Shown here: piece by piece, positions 1 to 7,321 of the stretch
How the letters are laid out: every line of letters starts with the position of its first letter
Numbering within the stretch: position 1 is the stretch's first letter
From: Phycisphaerae bacterium
GTDB taxonomy: Bacteria > Planctomycetota > Phycisphaerae > Sedimentisphaerales > Anaerobacaceae
DNA: 12,679 bases
Assembly (NCBI GenBank): GCA_028715705.1
Contig: JAQURJ010000064.1
Location: 1 to 12,679, forward strand
Direction: 5' to 3'
Notes under the pieces: generated by a model
Databases searched by the model: none
Told to the model about the DNA's origin: nothing
What the model saw: only the letters and a program-made list of their open reading frames with translations
Made by a program: the position numbers and the translations under genes

Positions 1-89
1 TTCGACCCGGACCGATACAATTCAACAGTTTTTTACTATTTTTCTCGTTCCTTCGAAACGCCCGGCTGTTTCCTATCCCCTATACCCTG

Positions 90-98
90 CCCCCCCCC
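90..98. repeat. C9 homopolymer inside a ~90-nt polypyrimidine (CT-rich) non-coding stretch (approx. 61-150)
   Basis: Read directly: 'ctgccccccccctttccc'. Bases 61-150 on the + strand are about 85% C/T with very few purines, and no ORF of 60 aa or more lies on either strand in 1-237. Confidence 0.5.
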
Positions 99-157
99 TT
101 TCCCACCTTCAAACGTTTCTTACCTTTCCTCCCTTGTCCTGCCGGGCCCGCCTCAAA

Positions 158-170
158 GCCCCGAAGGGGC
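158..170. other. short GC hairpin GCCCC-GAA-GGGGC (5-bp stem, 3-nt loop)
   Basis: Perfect inverted repeat read in the sequence. It is not followed by a T-run on the + strand, and only 'ttt' follows on the - strand, so a terminator role is weak. Confidence 0.3.
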
Positions 171-237
171 GACACAAAACCGCTAAAATGTTATATAATA
201 ATTTGACTCCCCACCCTTAACCGGACATAATGCCCCC

Positions 238-516
238 ATGAAAGATTCATTAGCGAAACTGCCGGACAGGAAAAGAGGCGAACTTGCCCGCATCACAAGC
301 ATTATCCGCTCTTCCGCCCCGCAGGCCGAGATGATAATCATCTTCGGCTGGCATATGACACTTCATTACGCTCCTGATAATATTCACACACATACACTTT
401 CTGCTTCTATGAATAAAGATACCTCTGCCATATCTTCCACACCAGCATATTGGCCGCATCTGCTACCTGCTCCAGAGTTATCTTCGGATTTTTCTCCCCT
501 GAGTCGAGTTGTCTGA
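238..516 (+). pseudogene. N-terminal fragment of a minimal nucleotidyltransferase (MNT/HEPN-partner type) gene, disrupted after about codon 37 (about nt 347)
   Basis: The first ~37 aa, 'MKDSLAKLPDRKRGELARITSIIRSSAPQAEMIIIFG', match the characteristic N-terminus of small nucleotidyltransferase-domain proteins (..LP..K..EL..I...I......E.IILFGSYARG). The expected 'SxARG...D.D' continuation is absent: after FG the frame runs into sequence belonging to the adjacent IS remnant, 'WHMTLHYAPDNIHTH...'. TATAAT at 194-199 and ATG at 238 give a plausible start. Confidence 0.4.
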
Positions 517-854
517 TCGGCCAAAAAATACATCGCAAGCCTGGATGCAAGCCAGTGTCTTATCAGGCTCGTATAAGTTCGAACCTCAAACGCGCCAAAA
601 CCGCATTCCTGTTTGGCACGCTCAAACCACTTCTCAACGTGCCAGCGGCAAAAAGCTATTTCCATTAACGTCTCCAGCTTTTCTTTGACAGGAGCATCGC
701 TGACAAAATACTTTGTTTCACCTGTTTGCCTGTTATGTGCGACGATCGACCAGTAAGTGCGGTCGGTAGGAACCGGACAATAAGCTTTGCTGTCTTTATG
801 CTCTACCGAACTGCCGATTGTCCAAACCATAAAAAAGCGGTATAATCGCGCCTT
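384..854 (-). mobile_element. IS4/IS701-family DDE transposase remnant (C-terminal ~150 aa only; N-terminal catalytic part missing)
   Basis: The minus-strand ORF 384-830 (open frame continues to about 854) contains the IS4-type C-terminal signature 'FCRWHVEKWFERAKQECGFGAFEVRTYTSLIRHWLASRLAMYFLA' (R-x3-E-x6-K spacing). It also carries '...RQTGETKYFVSDAP', typical of IS701/IS4 transposases. Only about 150 of an expected ~400 aa are present, and the reading frame is cut off by the hypF promoter and start region. Confidence 0.6.
818..846 (+). promoter_or_regulatory. sigma70-like promoter for the hyp operon (TTGTCC-N17-TATAAT)
   Basis: Perfect TATAAT at 841-846, and TTGTCC at 818-823 with a 17-bp spacer. 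A weak SD, AGGT (859-862), lies 6 nt before the TTG start at 869. The promoter sits inside or adjacent to the IS remnant. Confidence 0.35.
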
Positions 855-868
855 TTACAGGTAAAAAA

Positions 869-3202
869 TTGACCATACGCAAAAAAATCGCGATTTTTGG
901 CCGCGTGCAGGGCGTTGGCTTCAGACCAGCCGTCCACCGCATAGCCGCTGACCTTGCCCTCACCGGTTTCGTCTTCAACGACAGCCGAGGTGTCACCATC
1001 GAACTCCAGGGTAACCCGACTGCAATAAACCAGTTTCTCACCCGCCTCACCGGCCCAGATAGGCCTCCGGCAAGCGATCTTAAAGAAATACAAACCCTTG
1101 AAATAGCGACAGTTATCAACGAATCCTGTTTCACTATCCAGCCCAGCGAAACGCTCGGCAGTCCCACCTCGCAGGTCACGCCAGACTTGGCTGTATGCTC
1201 CGATTGCCTCCGCGAAATGAACGACAAAACCGACTTTCGTTATCGTTATCCATTCATCAACTGCACAAACTGCGGCCCCCGCTATTCCATCGTAAAGGCC
1301 ATTCCATACGACCGCCCCAACACCACGATGTCACAATTCGCTATGTGCCCCCAGTGTTCAGCGCAGTACACCGATGTAACCAACCGCCGTTTTCACGCCC
1401 AGCCGGTCGCCTGCCCAGCCGATGGGCCCAAGATATGGCTTACCAATCCAGCCGGTAAAACCATCTGCTCCGGCACTGAGCAAACAATAGAAAAAGCCGC
1501 TTCACTGCTTAGAAACGGCCATATTGTTGCAATAAAAGGCATCGGCGGATTTCATCTTGCTGTTGACGCGTATAATAATGATGCGGTTGTGCGCCTTCGC
1601 CAAAGGAAGCATCGCGACCATAAGCCTTTTGCCATGATGGCCGCCTCGATAGAGACAATAAAGAAGCACGCCCTAGTTGACAGCCAAGCCGAAATATTAC
1701 TGAAAAGTGCGGCTGCGCCTATAGTTATACTTCCACAAAACCCAGATCACACCATTGCTCCCAACGTTGCGCAACAGGTTAATTCCTTTGGGTTTATGCT
1801 CTGTTACGCACCGCTGCATTTTCTTTTGTTCGAGCAGCGTCCCGAAGTTCTCGTTATGACAAGTGCGAATATCTCGGACGAACCGCTTATCTGCGATAAC
1901 GGCAAGACTCTGGAGCGGCTCGGCGATGTTGCGGACGCTTTTTTGATGCACGACCGCCAAATTTATCGCCAGCTTGATGATTCTATAATCCATTTTATTG
2001 ACGAACAGCCGGTAATGCTCCGCCGGGCAAGAGGTTATGTACCCACCCCTGTTTTTCTAAACGAAAATTGCCCAGACGATATTCTGGCAACCGGGGCGGA
2101 TATGAAAAACACTTTCTGCTTTGTAAAGGATGATTTCGCCTTATGTTCCGAGCATATCGGCGACCTTGAAGACGCAACAGTTTATCACCACTACACAGCT
2201 TCCATCGACCACCTTGCCGCTCTCTACGAGCATAAACCGGCGATAATCGCCCACGACCTGCACCCCGGTTACTTCTCCACGCAATACGCCCTCACTAAAA
2301 ATATCCGCGCCATCGGCATCCAGCACCACTGGGCGCATATCGCCTCCGTCCTTGCCGAGCATAATTATGACGGTTCGGTCATCGGTATCGAATGCGACGG
2401 CACAGGTTTTGGAACGGATGGTAATATCTGGGGCTGTGAAGTGATGATAGCCAACCTCGAAAAATTCGACCGCTTCGCTCATCTCGATTATTACACGCTG
2501 CCAGGCGGCGACAAAGCATCCAAAGAGGCTATACGACCCTTGATGGCGCTACTGAAAAAGGCGTTTGGTGATGGGTTTGAAATTTCCAAATTCGCCTGGC
2601 TTATGAACAGAATCGAACCCGATGTGCAAAAGCAGCAAATCATCCTCGCCCAGATCGAAAAAGGTATTAATACCGTCCAGACATCCAGCCTCGGTCGAGT
2701 TTTCGATGCTGTTGCAGCGGCTGTCGGGCTGGGCGGTTATAACTATTTCGAGGCGCAGCTTCCCATCGCTCTCGAAGCGATTACTCGCAAAAACTGCACT
2801 GAATGCTATGAATTCAATATTATTGACGATGGGAAACCAATCCGCCTTGACTTATGCATTACCATTCGGCAGATAATCGCTGATATCAAAAATTCGGTGG
2901 GTGCGGGTATGATCTCGACAAAATTTCATAACACCATCGCAGCGGCCTTGCTCGAACTTGCCCGAATCGTCCGCGAAAGAACCGGACTCGAAACGGTCGC
3001 TCTCAGCGGTGGGGTGTTTTGCAACAGATTTCTTGCCAATAGTCTCATTAAATCCTTGAAGGAAAGCGATTTTAACGTATTATTTAACCGCGAAGTACCT
3101 GCCAACGACGGCGGTATCGCACTAGGGCAGGCTGCCATAGCCGCAAATGTTATTTACAAGGAACGAAAAGATGTGTCTGGCTGTACCAGCAAGAATAATT
3201 GA
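869..3202 (+). CDS. hypF: [NiFe]-hydrogenase maturation carbamoyltransferase HypF
   Basis: 777 aa. N-terminal acylphosphatase motif 'VQGVGFRP'. Zn-finger 1 is 'CSDCL...(18)...CTNCGPR'. Zn-finger 2 is 'CPQC...(18)...CPADGP'. YrdC-like 'KGIGGFHLAVDA'. C-terminal Kae1/YgjD-like domain. TTG is the only canonical start codon placed ahead of the acylphosphatase motif. Confidence 0.93.
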   Translation: MTIRKKIAIFGRVQGVGFRPAVHRIAADLALTGFVFNDSRGVTIELQGNPTAINQFLTRLTGPDRPPASDLKEIQTLEIATVINESCFTIQPSETLGSPTSQVTPDLAVCSDCLREMNDKTDFRYRYPFINCTNCGPRYSIVKAIPYDRPNTTMSQFAMCPQCSAQYTDVTNRRFHAQPVACPADGPKIWLTNPAGKTICSGTEQTIEKAASLLRNGHIVAIKGIGGFHLAVDAYNNDAVVRLRQRKHRDHKPFAMMAASIETIKKHALVDSQAEILLKSAAAPIVILPQNPDHTIAPNVAQQVNSFGFMLCYAPLHFLLFEQRPEVLVMTSANISDEPLICDNGKTLERLGDVADAFLMHDRQIYRQLDDSIIHFIDEQPVMLRRARGYVPTPVFLNENCPDDILATGADMKNTFCFVKDDFALCSEHIGDLEDATVYHHYTASIDHLAALYEHKPAIIAHDLHPGYFSTQYALTKNIRAIGIQHHWAHIASVLAEHNYDGSVIGIECDGTGFGTDGNIWGCEVMIANLEKFDRFAHLDYYTLPGGDKASKEAIRPLMALLKKAFGDGFEISKFAWLMNRIEPDVQKQQIILAQIEKGINTVQTSSLGRVFDAVAAAVGLGGYNYFEAQLPIALEAITRKNCTECYEFNIIDDGKPIRLDLCITIRQIIADIKNSVGAGMISTKFHNTIAAALLELARIVRERTGLETVALSGGVFCNRFLANSLIKSLKESDFNVLFNREVPANDGGIALGQAAIAANVIYKERKDVSGCTSKNN

Positions 3203-3416
3203 ACTTGACGACAATGATAATGCTGTCGTGGATGCGATGGGCAACCGATGGCGGTGCAAGACGACGCTGCTTGCCGATGTGAAGCTCGGCGAGCTTGTGC
3301 TCGTGCACGCCGGTTTCGCGATAACCAAAGTCGATGAAGAGGAAGCCAAACAGACCTGGCAGCTTATTGCCGAACTTGACGATTTTAAGGATACCCCAAA
3401 CAAGATTTCAGGATAG
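3171..3416 (+). CDS. hypC: hydrogenase maturation chaperone HypC
   Basis: The protein begins 'MCLAVPARIIELDD' and the N-terminal Met-Cys is diagnostic of HypC/HupF. An AAGGA SD lies 7 nt upstream of ATG 3171. The gene overlaps the hypF 3' end by 32 nt. The ORF track's upstream start (3147) is unlikely. Confidence 0.88.
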   Translation: MCLAVPARIIELDDNDNAVVDAMGNRWRCKTTLLADVKLGELVLVHAGFAITKVDEEEAKQTWQLIAELDDFKDTPNKISG

Positions 3417-3422
3417 GACTAT

Positions 3423-4502
3423 ATGCTCCAAAGAATACTCAAGGCTCAGCAATCTATGGACAGCGCCTGCAACGCTCTGGGCAGGCAGATAAACATTATG
3501 GAAGTCTGCGGCACGCACACCGTTTCGATCTTTCGTAACGGCATCCGCCCGACTTTGTCGAAAAAACTAAAACTGCTGTCGGGGCCCGGCTGTCCGGTCT
3601 GTGTTACAGATCAGGCCTATATAGATACCTGCATAGAACTGTCGCAGAATCCAGATTGTATTATCACCACATACGGTGACATGATCCGAGTGCCGGGTAA
3701 AGGCGGTTCTCTCGAAACGCAACAATCTTCTCGAAATATCAAAGTTGTTCTAAGCGCAGAGGATGCTCTCGATTTCGCAAAGCAGAATCCTGAAAAAACA
3801 ATTGTTTTCGTTGCGGTGGGTTTCGAGACAACAACTCCCGCCACAGCCGTGGTCATAAAAGAGGCCGCAGAGCAGAACATAAAGAACTTCACGGTTTTGT
3901 GCAACCACAAGCGCGTAGTGCCTGCCATGAAAACTCTTCTCGCAGAAAAAAATCACAAGATCGACGCTTTCCTGTGTCCGGGGCACGTAAGCGTTATCAT
4001 CGGCAGTGACGCTTATAAACCGATTGTTGATGAATTCAAGCGTCCCTGCGTCGTCGGCGGTTTTGAGCCGATGCAGATAATCGAATCTCTTGCCGAGATA
4101 TGCCGACAGCTCGAAGAACAGAATCCGCAGGTAAAGTCACTTTACAGCGCAGCTGTCACTTCTCAAGGAAATCTGAAAGCTCAGAAACTTATCGATGAAA
4201 TTTTCACTCCCTGCGACGGTTACTGGCGAGGACTGGGTAAAATTACGACCGGCACATTGAAAATTAAGGACCAATACAGTGACTTTGACACTGCTGTCCG
4301 TTTCGGCATTGAAGAAAAATCGAACGAAGATGTCACCGGCTGCCGCTGCGGCGAGGTTCTTTGCGGGCTGATAGACCCGCAGGATTGCGGCCTTTTCGCA
4401 ACAGGCTGCACGCCGCAAAGCCCTGTCGGTCCGTGTATGGTAAGCTCCGAAGGTGCGTGCTCGGCTTGGTACAAGTATGGACGAAAGAGAGCTGCCCGAT
4501 GA
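3423..4502 (+). CDS. hypD: hydrogenase maturation factor HypD (Fe-S protein)
   Basis: Motifs 'CGTHT', 'GPGCPVC', 'GFETT', 'CPGHVS' and a C-terminal Cys cluster 'CRCGEVLCG...CG...GC...PC'. An AGGA SD precedes the ATG. Confidence 0.93.
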   Translation: MLQRILKAQQSMDSACNALGRQINIMEVCGTHTVSIFRNGIRPTLSKKLKLLSGPGCPVCVTDQAYIDTCIELSQNPDCIITTYGDMIRVPGKGGSLETQQSSRNIKVVLSAEDALDFAKQNPEKTIVFVAVGFETTTPATAVVIKEAAEQNIKNFTVLCNHKRVVPAMKTLLAEKNHKIDAFLCPGHVSVIIGSDAYKPIVDEFKRPCVVGGFEPMQIIESLAEICRQLEEQNPQVKSLYSAAVTSQGNLKAQKLIDEIFTPCDGYWRGLGKITTGTLKIKDQYSDFDTAVRFGIEEKSNEDVTGCRCGEVLCGLIDPQDCGLFATGCTPQSPVGPCMVSSEGACSAWYKYGRKRAAR

Positions 4503-5518
4503 AAGCAAACGACAAAATTCTACTCGCTCACGGCGGGGGCGGACAGCTTAGCGATTCGCTGATACACAATACCATCCTGCCGCGATTATCCAACGAAACA
4601 CTGAACGCCCTTGGCGATTCGGCCCTGCTGGATATAGACGGAACGAAACTATGCTTTACGACCGACAGCTATGTCGTAAAGCCGCTTTTTTTCAATGGAG
4701 GTGACATCGGAAAGCTGGCTGTTTGCGGAACGGTAAACGACCTCGCAGTAGCCGGAGCAAGACCCCTTGTTCTCTCGCTGGCCCTTATTATCGAAACAGG
4801 GTTTCCTATTGCCGACCTTGAAAGAATACTCGATTCAATTGCAAAAACAGCAGCTGAAGCCGGAGTAAAAGTTGTCACCGGTGACACTAAAACAGTAGAA
4901 ACGGGCGCAGCCGACAAAATCTTCATCAATACCGCAGGCATCGGCAAAAAACTTGACTGTGCAAATCTCGATACCAGCAGGGTGAAAGAGGGTGACAAGA
5001 TTCTCGTCAGCGGAACTATTGGCGACCATGGAATGACCCTTATATCCAAACGCGAGGGGATCGAATTTCAATCGACCCTGAAAAGCGATTGTGCGGCTCT
5101 GAACTCCTTAACGGTCAAACTGCTCGAAAATTTAAAAGACGAAATAAAGTTTCTTCGCGACCCAACTCGCGGGGGCATAGCGGTCACTTTAAACGATATC
5201 GCTCGCGGATCGGGACAGTCCGTTCTGATAAAACAAAGTGATATCCCTGTCAGTCCCAACGTTCAGGCTGCAGCGGACATGCTCGGTTTTGACATTCTTA
5301 ATATCGCCAACGAAGGAAAATTCATTGCTGTGGTAAGCTCTGATGCCGCCGAAAAAGCGGTTGCTATCTGCCGCAGTCACCGGCTGGGCAAAGATGCGAC
5401 CATCATCGGTGAAATTCAAAAATGTGTCGATGTCCCTACGGTAGAGATATTAACTGTTATCGGCGGCAAGCGAATTGTGCAGATGCCTTATGGGCGAGAA
5501 CTTCCGAGGATATGCTGA
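4499..5518 (+). CDS. hypE: hydrogenase maturation carbamoyl dehydratase HypE
   Basis: Begins 'MKANDKILLAHGGGG' and has a PurM-like fold signature. The C-terminus, '...PRIC', matches the conserved HypE terminal Cys that accepts the carbamoyl group. ATG 4499 overlaps the hypD stop (ATGA coupling). The longer upstream ORF start (4361) lies inside hypD and is rejected. Confidence 0.93.
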   Translation: MKANDKILLAHGGGGQLSDSLIHNTILPRLSNETLNALGDSALLDIDGTKLCFTTDSYVVKPLFFNGGDIGKLAVCGTVNDLAVAGARPLVLSLALIIETGFPIADLERILDSIAKTAAEAGVKVVTGDTKTVETGAADKIFINTAGIGKKLDCANLDTSRVKEGDKILVSGTIGDHGMTLISKREGIEFQSTLKSDCAALNSLTVKLLENLKDEIKFLRDPTRGGIAVTLNDIARGSGQSVLIKQSDIPVSPNVQAAADMLGFDILNIANEGKFIAVVSSDAAEKAVAICRSHRLGKDATIIGEIQKCVDVPTVEILTVIGGKRIVQMPYGRELPRIC

Positions 5519-5862
5519 TGCACGAAGCAGCCGTCGCGCAAAGCATTTTCGATACGGTAATGGCCGAAGCCCAAAAACAGAAGGGCAAACCCACCAAAGC
5601 AAAAATAACCTGCGGGACATTCGACGCCGTAAATGAAGAAATCCTCGCCTTTGCGTTTTCGGTTATTGCCAAAGATACTGTCGCAAAAGATATGAAAATA
5701 GGAGTCGAGCAAAAGCCGGTTATGGCATTATGTCGCCATTGTAAAAAAGAATTCAAATTTGATGTCACCAGTCCCAGTTGCGTTCACTGCGACTCTAACA
5801 GTTACAACATTCTGCCAGACCCGCCGCTGATACTCGAACAGATAATTTTTGAAACGGATTAA
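5518..5862 (+). CDS. hypA: hydrogenase nickel-insertion metallochaperone HypA
   Basis: The N-terminus 'MHEAAVAQSIFD' carries the MHE Ni-binding motif, which requires Met1-His2, so the start is set at 5518 rather than 5512 or 5422. Zn site is 'CRHC-x13-CVHC'. TGATG overlap with the hypE stop. Confidence 0.88.
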   Translation: MHEAAVAQSIFDTVMAEAQKQKGKPTKAKITCGTFDAVNEEILAFAFSVIAKDTVAKDMKIGVEQKPVMALCRHCKKEFKFDVTSPSCVHCDSNSYNILPDPPLILEQIIFETD

Positions 5863-5865
5863 TAA

Positions 5866-6528
5866 ATGGAAAAGCAAGTCCACATAGGCAAAAAAATACT
5901 CAGTGCAAACGAGGAATACGCCGCTATTAATGCAAAGTATCTGGCTGACAACGAAAAACTTTGTCTGAATATGATATCATCTCCCGGTTCTGGTAAGACG
6001 ACCATTCTTGCGCGAACAATCACCGACCTTCGCGGACAGATATCTATCGGCGTCATAGAAGGTGACATAAAAACGGAACTGGACGCAGAACGCATCAGGG
6101 CCGCGCAAGCGCCAGCCGTTCAGATAGAAACCCAGGGTTCGTGTCACCTCTCCGCACCGCAGGTACATTCGGCTCTGCGACAGCTTCCGGTTGACGACCT
6201 TGATATTATAATTATTGAAAACGTCGGCAATCTTGTTTGTCCTTCGGCTTTCGAGCTTGGTGAGAACGCGAAAGTCGTTGTGCTCAGCGTTCCTGAAGGC
6301 GATGATAAACCCGCCAAATATCCGGGGATATTTTCCAAAGCGAAAGTTCTTCTTGTTAATAAGATAGATTACCTTGCCATTTCCGGTTTTGACATTGAAA
6401 AGGTAAAATCAGATGCAAGATCATTGAATAAGGATATCGAGATATTTCCCATATCGGCTGTAACGGGCGAGGGAATGTCACTATGGTATGAATGGCTGAA
6501 AAGCTCCACTGCAAAATGCAAACAATGA
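5866..6528 (+). CDS. hypB: hydrogenase nickel-incorporation GTPase HypB (short form without N-terminal CxxCGC or His-rich region)
   Basis: P-loop 'SSPGSGKTT'. Metal site 'GSCHLSA'. 'ENVGNLVCP' and 'NKID' G-motifs. Only 3 nt separate it from the hypA stop. Confidence 0.9.
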   Translation: MEKQVHIGKKILSANEEYAAINAKYLADNEKLCLNMISSPGSGKTTILARTITDLRGQISIGVIEGDIKTELDAERIRAAQAPAVQIETQGSCHLSAPQVHSALRQLPVDDLDIIIIENVGNLVCPSAFELGENAKVVVLSVPEGDDKPAKYPGIFSKAKVLLVNKIDYLAISGFDIEKVKSDARSLNKDIEIFPISAVTGEGMSLWYEWLKSSTAKCKQ

Positions 6529-7175
6529 AAAAATACCGCCACATCATCTGGGATTTTAACGGTACGCTTCTAAATGACACCTGGCTTTGTGTTGAGATAC
6601 TCAATACAATGCTTGCCCGCCGCAAAAGGGCCGCGGTGACACAAGACCGGTACCGTGACGAATTTGATTTTCCTGTCGAAAGTTACTATAGAAAGATAGG
6701 CTTTGATTTTTCTATTGAATCTTATGACACGATAGCCGACGAATTCTTGCGTCCTTATAACAGCCGATTGGTGGAATGTACACTTCAAGGGGGTGTTATT
6801 GACACGCTCAATCATATAAAGGCCTGCGGTATTGGCCAATCGGTTCTTTCCGCATATCAGCACACACTGCTGGAAAGTGCGATTAACCGGCTGGGCATCA
6901 CTGATTATTTTGCTCATATCGTCGGGCTTGACCACGTTTACGCTGATTCAAAACTTGTCATCGGCAAACGCCTTATCGAGACCCTCGACATTAACCCGGC
7001 GCAGGTGCTGCTCATCGGTGACACAACCCACGATCATCAGGTCGCTTCGCATATCGGCGCCGATTGCGTCCTTATCGCTCACGGCCACCATCCACGCCAC
7101 CGGCTTACAAATGCAACTGCTATTGTTTTTGACAATTTGGCTGATGTAATTAATCTTCTGAAAAGCTGTGAATAA
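6525..7175 (+). CDS. HAD-superfamily hydrolase (phosphoglycolate-phosphatase-like fold) with variant motif I D-x-N
   Basis: Motif I 'WDFNGTLL' (nucleophile Asp present; the +2 residue is Asn, not Asp). Motif IV 'LIGDTTHD'. A cap-domain-length insert between them. ATG 6525 overlaps the hypB stop (ATGA), so the gene is translationally coupled to the hyp cluster. Confidence 0.72.
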   Translation: MKKYRHIIWDFNGTLLNDTWLCVEILNTMLARRKRAAVTQDRYRDEFDFPVESYYRKIGFDFSIESYDTIADEFLRPYNSRLVECTLQGGVIDTLNHIKACGIGQSVLSAYQHTLLESAINRLGITDYFAHIVGLDHVYADSKLVIGKRLIETLDINPAQVLLIGDTTHDHQVASHIGADCVLIAHGHHPRHRLTNATAIVFDNLADVINLLKSCE

Positions 7176-7239
7176 AGAGTTTAATCGAGATTATGGGCAT
7201 ATTTGGTCTAATTTTAATCTTTTAATTCCCAAAAAGGGC

Positions 7240-7267
7240 TTGCAAGTGAAGTTTTTTAGTATATAAG
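7240..7267 (+). promoter_or_regulatory. candidate sigma70 promoter TTGCAA-N16-TATAAG upstream of the flotillin-like gene
   Basis: Read in the 146-bp AT-rich spacer after the HAD gene. A strong SD, AGGAGA, lies 7 nt before ATG 7322. Confidence 0.35.
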
Positions 7268-7321
7268 AGGGTTTTGGTTTTGTTATTAATTTTGATCTAA
7301 CCTAAAACAGGAGAAGACATT

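Noticed and set aside
450-668. 72-aa plus-strand ORF inside the IS remnant
   Set aside because: It is antisense to the transposase-homologous frame and has no protein-like features.
796-2482. Several ORFs of 60-143 aa in alternative frames or antisense within hypF (796-1227 -, 803-1093 -, 1195-1458 +, 1697-1993 -, 1995-2177 -, 2141-2482 -)
   Set aside because: All lie entirely inside the strongly supported hypF frame. Their translations are low-complexity or Arg/Ser/Pro-rich, typical of off-frame reading of coding sequence. They have no start or SD context.
4361-4498. Long upstream extension of hypE (start at 4361) and of hypA (5422), hypC (3147), tpiA (11534)
   Set aside because: The extensions overlap the preceding gene's coding region. 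Family-diagnostic N-termini fix the real starts: MC for HypC, MKANDKILLAHGGGG for HypE, MHE for HypA, and MRKPFVAGNWKMN for TpiA.
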